Assembly (NCBI GenBank): GCA_907165135.1
Contig: OU015567.1
Location: 11,098,001 to 11,162,000 of the forward strand
Source: Oikopleura dioica
Taxonomy: Eukaryota; Animalia; Chordata
Direction of reading: 5' to 3'
DNA length: 64,000 nucleotides
Shown here: in pieces, positions 56,501 to 64,000 of the stretch
Layout: each line of letters starts with the position of its first letter
Position numbering within the stretch: position 1 is the first letter of the stretch
Made by a program: the position numbers and the translations under genes
Notes under the pieces: generated by a model
Databases searched by the model: none
Seen by the model: only the letters and a program-made list of their open reading frames with translations
Told to the model about the DNA's origin: nothing

Positions 56501-59500
56501 GTCTAAAAACATTTCCAGAAAATTATCATAAGGCAACGTAATATTTGCTTTCTTTTAAAAAAGATTATATTTAAAACTCCTATTATAAACACCTCTCAAT
56601 GCTACCAAAGACGTTTTTACTCACCGGAAACCGCAGAAAATATTTTCGAAAATAGGCAAAAGTCGGAAGTGCTCAATTATCAACCCTTTTTGAATACAAA
56701 ACAGTGCCAGGCTAAAGAAATCGTTTTTGACTCGCGCATCAACAATGACTTACTGAACCGCAGGAGCCGGCTGAGATGCATTTTGCGGAGCAATGAAAAT
56801 TTCCTCGGCGAGCGGGATAAGCCGGATCATGGAAATGAAGCGAGCTCAGAGAGCAGATTGGCACGGGCGCTTCCGAATTAGGCGATTTTATTCAACGAGT
56901 ATTAAAAAAGCCACACGACTAAAAATCAGCCTCAATGATAGGTTTCTTTAACAATACAAGCATCATACAAATTCTTCGGTCGACGAATCATTCTGTACTG
57001 AAAACAAACAACTCAAGTTCTGGCTATATGTTCTACTTGTTTTCACCTGTCCACCCTTGTCCCCTGATCCCATTAGTCTGATTTTTTGGGAAGAGCGCTC
57101 ACTCTGTAATGGCAACAAATCACGTGATGAGCAGGGACTGTGGGAACCGAGCGCTGATGTCATGTAAAGGGGGCTCACTTGGCTGATTTCAATCTCATCC
57201 CTTTTGTATATTATTGTTGAGAGTTTTTGTGTATACGACACCGGTCGCGGTCGAGTTGAACAAGAGACCTTTTCCGCTTTATGCAGTGCGCTGAGGGTGA
57301 GATATTCTGATCTTGATCTCTTTTCGAAATGATCATCAAGCATACTCGCCGCGTTTCAAAGCATTTCTACGAGTGGTTCCTAATTCTTTGATAATACCAA
57401 AGGGTATTATCCAAGGGATTCCCAGTTTTTAAAAGAAGATTTCAAAAATCACTGCGAATAGATATTTGCTCAGAGAACGTGAGATAAATGTCTTGCTGCC
57501 CCTTTATGGAACTGTTAAGAAACCGCCGATGACCGAGCGGTGGCCGCGTCATTTCGCTACGCGACGACCTACTGGCCACAATTTGATCCTGTTAGGGCCA
57601 CTTGTAGCCACACAATTGACAACGGCGGTTCCACCACCACGATTTTAGTGGTGGCTACGATTTCCACAAAATCACAGCATACATGACTCTTATCTTTACT
57701 TTGTTAAGGAGTAAAGGTTTAAAAGAGCCCTTCTTTTGAAATAAAATCTTTCTTTTATAAAGTAAGCTGAACTTGACCTATTCCCCGCTTACACAGCCAA
57801 TTTAGGATCAGAAGCGCTCAACATTTTGCGTACAACAGCTAAGGCGTGATGAGCGGCGTAAACACAGCTTTGAATGTGCCGAAGTTCTAGCGCGGCATTC
57901 TACATTCACTAACATTCACTATTTTTACGAGTGACGGGCTCTGTTGAGCTCAAACTAGGGCTACATGTGTAATCGCGCTCGTGTTTTTTAGAATGGAAAA
58001 ATTATAATTTGACTCTTTCTTAATCGGATGAAAAATAATTATGGAAACCCGGCCATATGGTAAAAACGGAAAAAGTTAGCGAATGTTCATACTTTAAAGA
58101 AATCTTGTTGAAAATAGTCAATGCTTCGTCTGTTCGTATATAACCAGACCTATCAGATTCTATCAGATTGACAGAATACAATAAGTTTTTTTTCGAAAAA
58201 AATCAAATAAACCTGCGAGTGACACGAAGGCGCGGTGGCTAAAGCCGTAATTACTCTGAGTAAAAAACGTATTTGGTCGTAAATCGTATTCTGATCCATT
58301 TGAAACCACCAAGGTCACGATTGCGATCAAGAATAACAAGAGAAGTTTTATTTATTTTTTACATTTTTCCGCTGCTTCCCGATGCCGCTAGACAGAGAAA
58401 AAACTTGGTAATAATTTGACAGGTGATTGCCGGTGAAACTTGCTAAATTATTATTATGTAATCGAAGCTAGAAAAATAAGCCTAGGAAAGCATTTCCTCA
58501 ATTTTTATGTGGGAAAATTACTTCAAAGCTGGTTCATATAGTAATCGAAAGTGATTAATTCGCGGCTTTTTATATTACCTAGAAATTGTGAAATCTGTGT
58601 CCACCAACACCATGCCCCGAGTCCTTGTCTAACAGAAGAAATGCTTGACCGCAGAGCCCATCGATCCGCGGTGGGGAAATTTTATTCCGCCAAATTGGAA
58701 TTGATTTCTTTCAAGTGCAATTAGACAGGACCTGATTAATTGGGATCTTTTGAGTGTTATACTGGATTGTTGCGCGTGCTGGCCCACGCGAAGAGCACTC
58801 GTATTGTAGAACTCGGATCGGGGAAAAGCAGATTTATAAACAAAACAAACCCAAAGAAGGGTTCAATTCAAAAGTGTCCCTTCGAGTCAGCTGCATAAAA
58901 ACTCCTTTACGCGATGAACTATTTCTAATTATATCTTTCAAGGTCTATTATTATCGTGTATATATTAAATATGTCTGTTTTAAGCTTAAAATTATTTGAA
59001 TTTAAAATTATAATGGGATGATGAAATATCTTGAAATCAAGGAAGAAAGTAACAATAAACAGATTTCCAAAAATAAGGCGAATTTCGAAGGTGAAAGTCA
59101 AGCTCTAAAATTCAAGTTTAGATCTCGTCGCTTGCAGCGAAACCGTTCCCGACGTTCTCCATCGCGGCTCTCAACCCTTCCTCGTGATAGGTGGCGCTGT
59201 TGTGCATTTTTTCGCTGGTTGCTACGCGCGTACTGGTTACGTGCTCCGCCGTGCGCTACGCCGCCCTTGCGCTGCTCTGAGTTGCTTGGGGGTGCTGACC
59301 GTCGTTCCTTCTTTGGTGCACCAGGTGGCGCTGGTGCTTTGCCCGCTCCGGACCGCCGCGGCGCGTCCTCACGACTCCTCCAACTAACTCCTGAAACCGA
59401 GATCGACACCAAATCCCCGACCAAAGACTCGACCGCAATCGAAAACAGCCGTCTTTAGGCTTTTTACCTCAAGAAAGAGCTGCACCCAGAAAGAGAACAA

Positions 59501-59969
59501 TAAAACGAAAAAACACCCACATACTGACAGAATATACAGAGAATAGAATTCATAGAGATCGACGTGGATCTGAGACGATCACAACGTGGATCCACTGAGC
59601 AGCGGGATCCTTCTGGACCCCGATCCTCACAACAAGCTTTCCAGAAAACGAGCTTTTCCAGGAGAGTCTGTCTGGGCACAACCCGGACAGGAAGATCATA
59701 GGCCAGCCAAGATTGCGGCCACAGCAAGTTCCCTCAGTGCCTGGCGGCAGACCCCGCCGCACTTTGACCAGGTAAAAATATCTTATTCTATTTCTATCCT
59801 TACATTTTTTAATATACAGAAACTTGCTAGTTGTCACTTTTCTTTTTGACTTCAATCGTTTTGATAAACAGAGCTTTACTTTTATGTGAATTGAAAATAC
59901 ACCTCGATTACTGATTTGAATAGTCCACTGAAAAAATAATCCATACCTTCGCTAAATGTCATTTTATAG

Positions 59970-61085
<1,116 letters not shown>

Positions 61086-64000
61086 TGATTTTTGTCGTAT
61101 ATTTTTAATCTGGGCCTATTTTGGCTTGGAAATAAACGAGCTCTTATCTGAATCTGGGCCACGGTGCGCAGCGCGGTGGTGCTCCCTGCCCACAGGTTGC
61201 CCTGGCGGTTTTCTGAAACAACATAATTGAAAAAATATGACTCTGGGAATATTTAAACAGGGCGCTGTGTATGATAAATTCCTTATCCGTCTTGCGGTTC
61301 GGGACACACTCCAACGGTGCATTTTCAATTTCGGCTATTCGACATAGATTTCTTTCCTCATCTCATTTATATTAATCAATGTATCCTGTATGCGGCCGCC
61401 ATTTTTGAATGAAAATATTCGGTAATGACAGGCAAAAGGATGAAAATGGTCGCTTCCACGATTTTTTCGCGTAGTATGGCGATTATGGATGTCACTTGGG
61501 CAGATTTATGTTTTACACGGAGTATAATTTTGTCCCTTCTTATCGCGCTTCAAAAATGTACGTTCTCCTATCTCTGGCCTTTCATTTTTACTCGCACAAT
61601 TGGCATTTACGGTTACAATTTTGAATCTCAACTAAAATCAAATCCGAGATTTCCATGATTATTGCGCATTTTTGTATGATTCTCCAGTCGCAAAATAGTA
61701 TTCTAGCTTAGATTGGGGAAAGCCAATAGTTTACGATAAGCGATAAACTGTTTACTAAAGCATTATGTTCGTCTAAATCATAAGAACACCTTTGATAATA
61801 AACGTGTGCAGCGCCTTGCTCGTAAATCAGCACGGGAGATGACATCACAGTGTCGAGAGGGCTCTGAGAAAGGTTCTTAGAAACCGCGCTGCGGGTCAAA
61901 TGTTGTAGCTGCAGCGGTCGGGTCGGTTTTGCCCGGTTGGTTATATCCTAACCACGAGGACATTCGTGTTTACGCAACTATATGCACCGTAACATTGCCA
62001 TTTCAATCTAAATTATACATTACATATAACTCCAATCATATAATTGCCAATCAGACTATCTTTCCAAAACACAGATGAATCAGCAAACTTACCAACTCTT
62101 ACACATATCAAAACATAACAACCATCTATTGAATAAGTAGCTTATCCCTTGATATTTACGCTTCCTTTTCTTCTCCGCGGTCATCTGCGGTCATTACAGC
62201 CGTCAGTTTAAAGTCAAGAATGTATCCATTCCAGAGGCACTAAGGATTGGATTAGCCTCAAAACATGTGAAGATTTGGCGGCGCTTATCAAAAGAGCAGC
62301 CCCGCGAAAATAGCGCCCGCGAAAGTTGTTTGATTATAAGAAAGGGCCGTGGTATATTCATTTACAAACAAAAAATAGCCAAAAACGTCTGCACGCGACA
62401 TAAATTGCCAACAATAATTAATCCGAGTTGTTTGATTATATCCGGTGCAATCAGCGGGCCATTTTTATTCATTGGAGTTTTAGGGTCTCATCATCGTGAA
62501 AATGATAATTGGAGATTGCCAATCAAAGTTATTAAATTCCTCAAGATCTGACCACATTTTGGAACCTTGTGGCTCGCCCATTATTCACGTGACCTTTCGT
62601 CGTTACATCATCAAGTGGTTGGTGATGTATAAGAAGCGCGGTCGGGAGAGAGACCGCGCAAAATCCGGCCCGTTCCATTTAGTGTCCCGCGCGGTCAGAC
62701 AGAGACCACGTTACCGCGTTACGTCTTATCACGAAGCCAATCTCATCCCTTGTTGTAACCTGTTTTGCGGCTAAGGCTCTCCAGCAATCCACAGAAAAGA
62801 GACTTTAAACCAACCAAAACGCTATAACATGATTTTATAATCAACCGCGAAATCTTTGACATCTTAAAATTTCATTTTCGAATTTCTTAAAAACATAATG
62901 ATTCTCCCTACTAAATTGCTGCTTAGCTTATGCAAGTGCAAGTCCAGAAGCACGCATTTAGGGAGGCCCAGCGCACGTTTCACCTGATGGACGCGCTTTT
63001 CCACATTGTCAGCCCGCAATTAGCCATGTCCCTTAGAGACGTTTCTCGCTTTCGTAATCAAATCATCTGTGTTGCCCAAGGAGCCAATTACAGGTCTGTT
63101 CGAAAAAATATTCTAGTGCTTAAAGATTTTTCAAGCTGTATAAAATTAGCCGCCGGTTGGCGCAGTAAAATAAAATCGGCTGGCCATAATTGGTACCGCA
63201 GAATATTTTGCAAATTCGGTGATCGGTTTCGTATCAAAACCGAGAAGCACGCCACCGCAAAAGGGTACTCTTTAGCATGGTCCCCGCGGTAGCAGGAATT
63301 TCATTTGCACTATTTCGAAACGAAATTCCGTTCTCTTCTGCTAGGCGCGAAAAAGGCCCAGAGAACAAGAATCATGTGTTTGGGGCTAAGCGTTCCCAGG
63401 TATCCGAGCTGATTCTGTTTCCATCGGCCACGGCCCTTTATGTGGTACTTAGATAAGAGCCAGCGCTGATTTATCGCGCTTATTTAAATTTCAAGAGCAG
63501 GGATTTTGTTTTTGCATTTTATTATGGACGCGAGATGAAAGCGGGGTGCCGCCCGGATCACCACTCAGCCGTCCAACCCACAGACTTGCAGATAAGGGGA
63601 GCATCTTACTTAACCGTAGGAAATGGGTCTCGTCCGCCAATTCCACGTTAGGGAATAAATTCTACCGCACTGATTTGAACTAAAATACGTTTATCGAATA
63701 TTACGCAGCTTGACGAACTCGCCCTGTTTTCCGAATATATCAATTCTTGGCAAGGAATTGAATGAACATCATTTAATCGAATTATACGCTTTCGTTTGAG
63801 TTCCATCGCCTGTTTTTTGTAATTACTTTGAGCAAATAAAAATGTATCGGATGGTTGTTACTGCGGTCAGCAGCTGATAATGGCGGTGGGATGAAAGGCG
63901 CCGGGCGGGATCGATCAGATCATCCCGTAATAACTCTTTCTTTTCGAGCTTGGAGGTGACCACAGAAGTTTAAAAAATTCAGACACCTTCGATTATTATT

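Noticed and set aside
56963-57343. 126-aa ORF, among the longest in the gene-poor tract
   Set aside because: TTG start, no recognisable family and no supporting flanking exons.
59018-59458. 146-aa and 108-aa ORFs upstream of Runx
   Set aside because: GC-rich proximal promoter or 5' UTR sequence, open on both strands, with no domain.
63276-63290. HGPR codons as the Runt-domain DGPR exon
   Set aside because: An in-frame stop lies immediately upstream and the KSFTLTI...AIKITV sequence is missing, so the real exon must lie beyond the window.

Overview
Eukaryotic, gene-dense, intron-containing DNA, not prokaryotic. Many 40-60 nt introns, several GA-AG/GG-AG non-canonical introns, short same-strand intergenic gaps and chordate-type genes suggest the larvacean tunicate Oikopleura (inference, not a database match). 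All gene models were spliced and translated by eye. In order: 3' end of class III ADH; two tandem BAG6/Scythe-like paralogues, the second carrying a complete antisense PIM-like kinase in a ~3 kb intron; AGAP/centaurin-gamma; JHY-like; an intronless two-BIR IAP-like gene; weak hypothetical genes; a C2H2 zinc-finger gene; two neighbouring MITE-like elements; SLK/LOK kinase; a short-tailed cenH3-like histone; a single-box HMG protein; Arx/aristaless; tropomyosin; a pancreatic-lipase-family gene; a class IIa HDAC; about 13 kb without recognisable genes, rich in Runx motifs; and the 5' part of Runx. The strongest leads are: (1) the class IIa HDAC has lost all catalytic and zinc ligands but kept its MEF2- and 14-3-3-binding motifs; (2) the BAG6 pair have different C-termini, and one hosts a nested kinase; (3) a candidate distal Runx promoter or spliced transcript. 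No CRISPR array, rRNA or tRNA was recognised.
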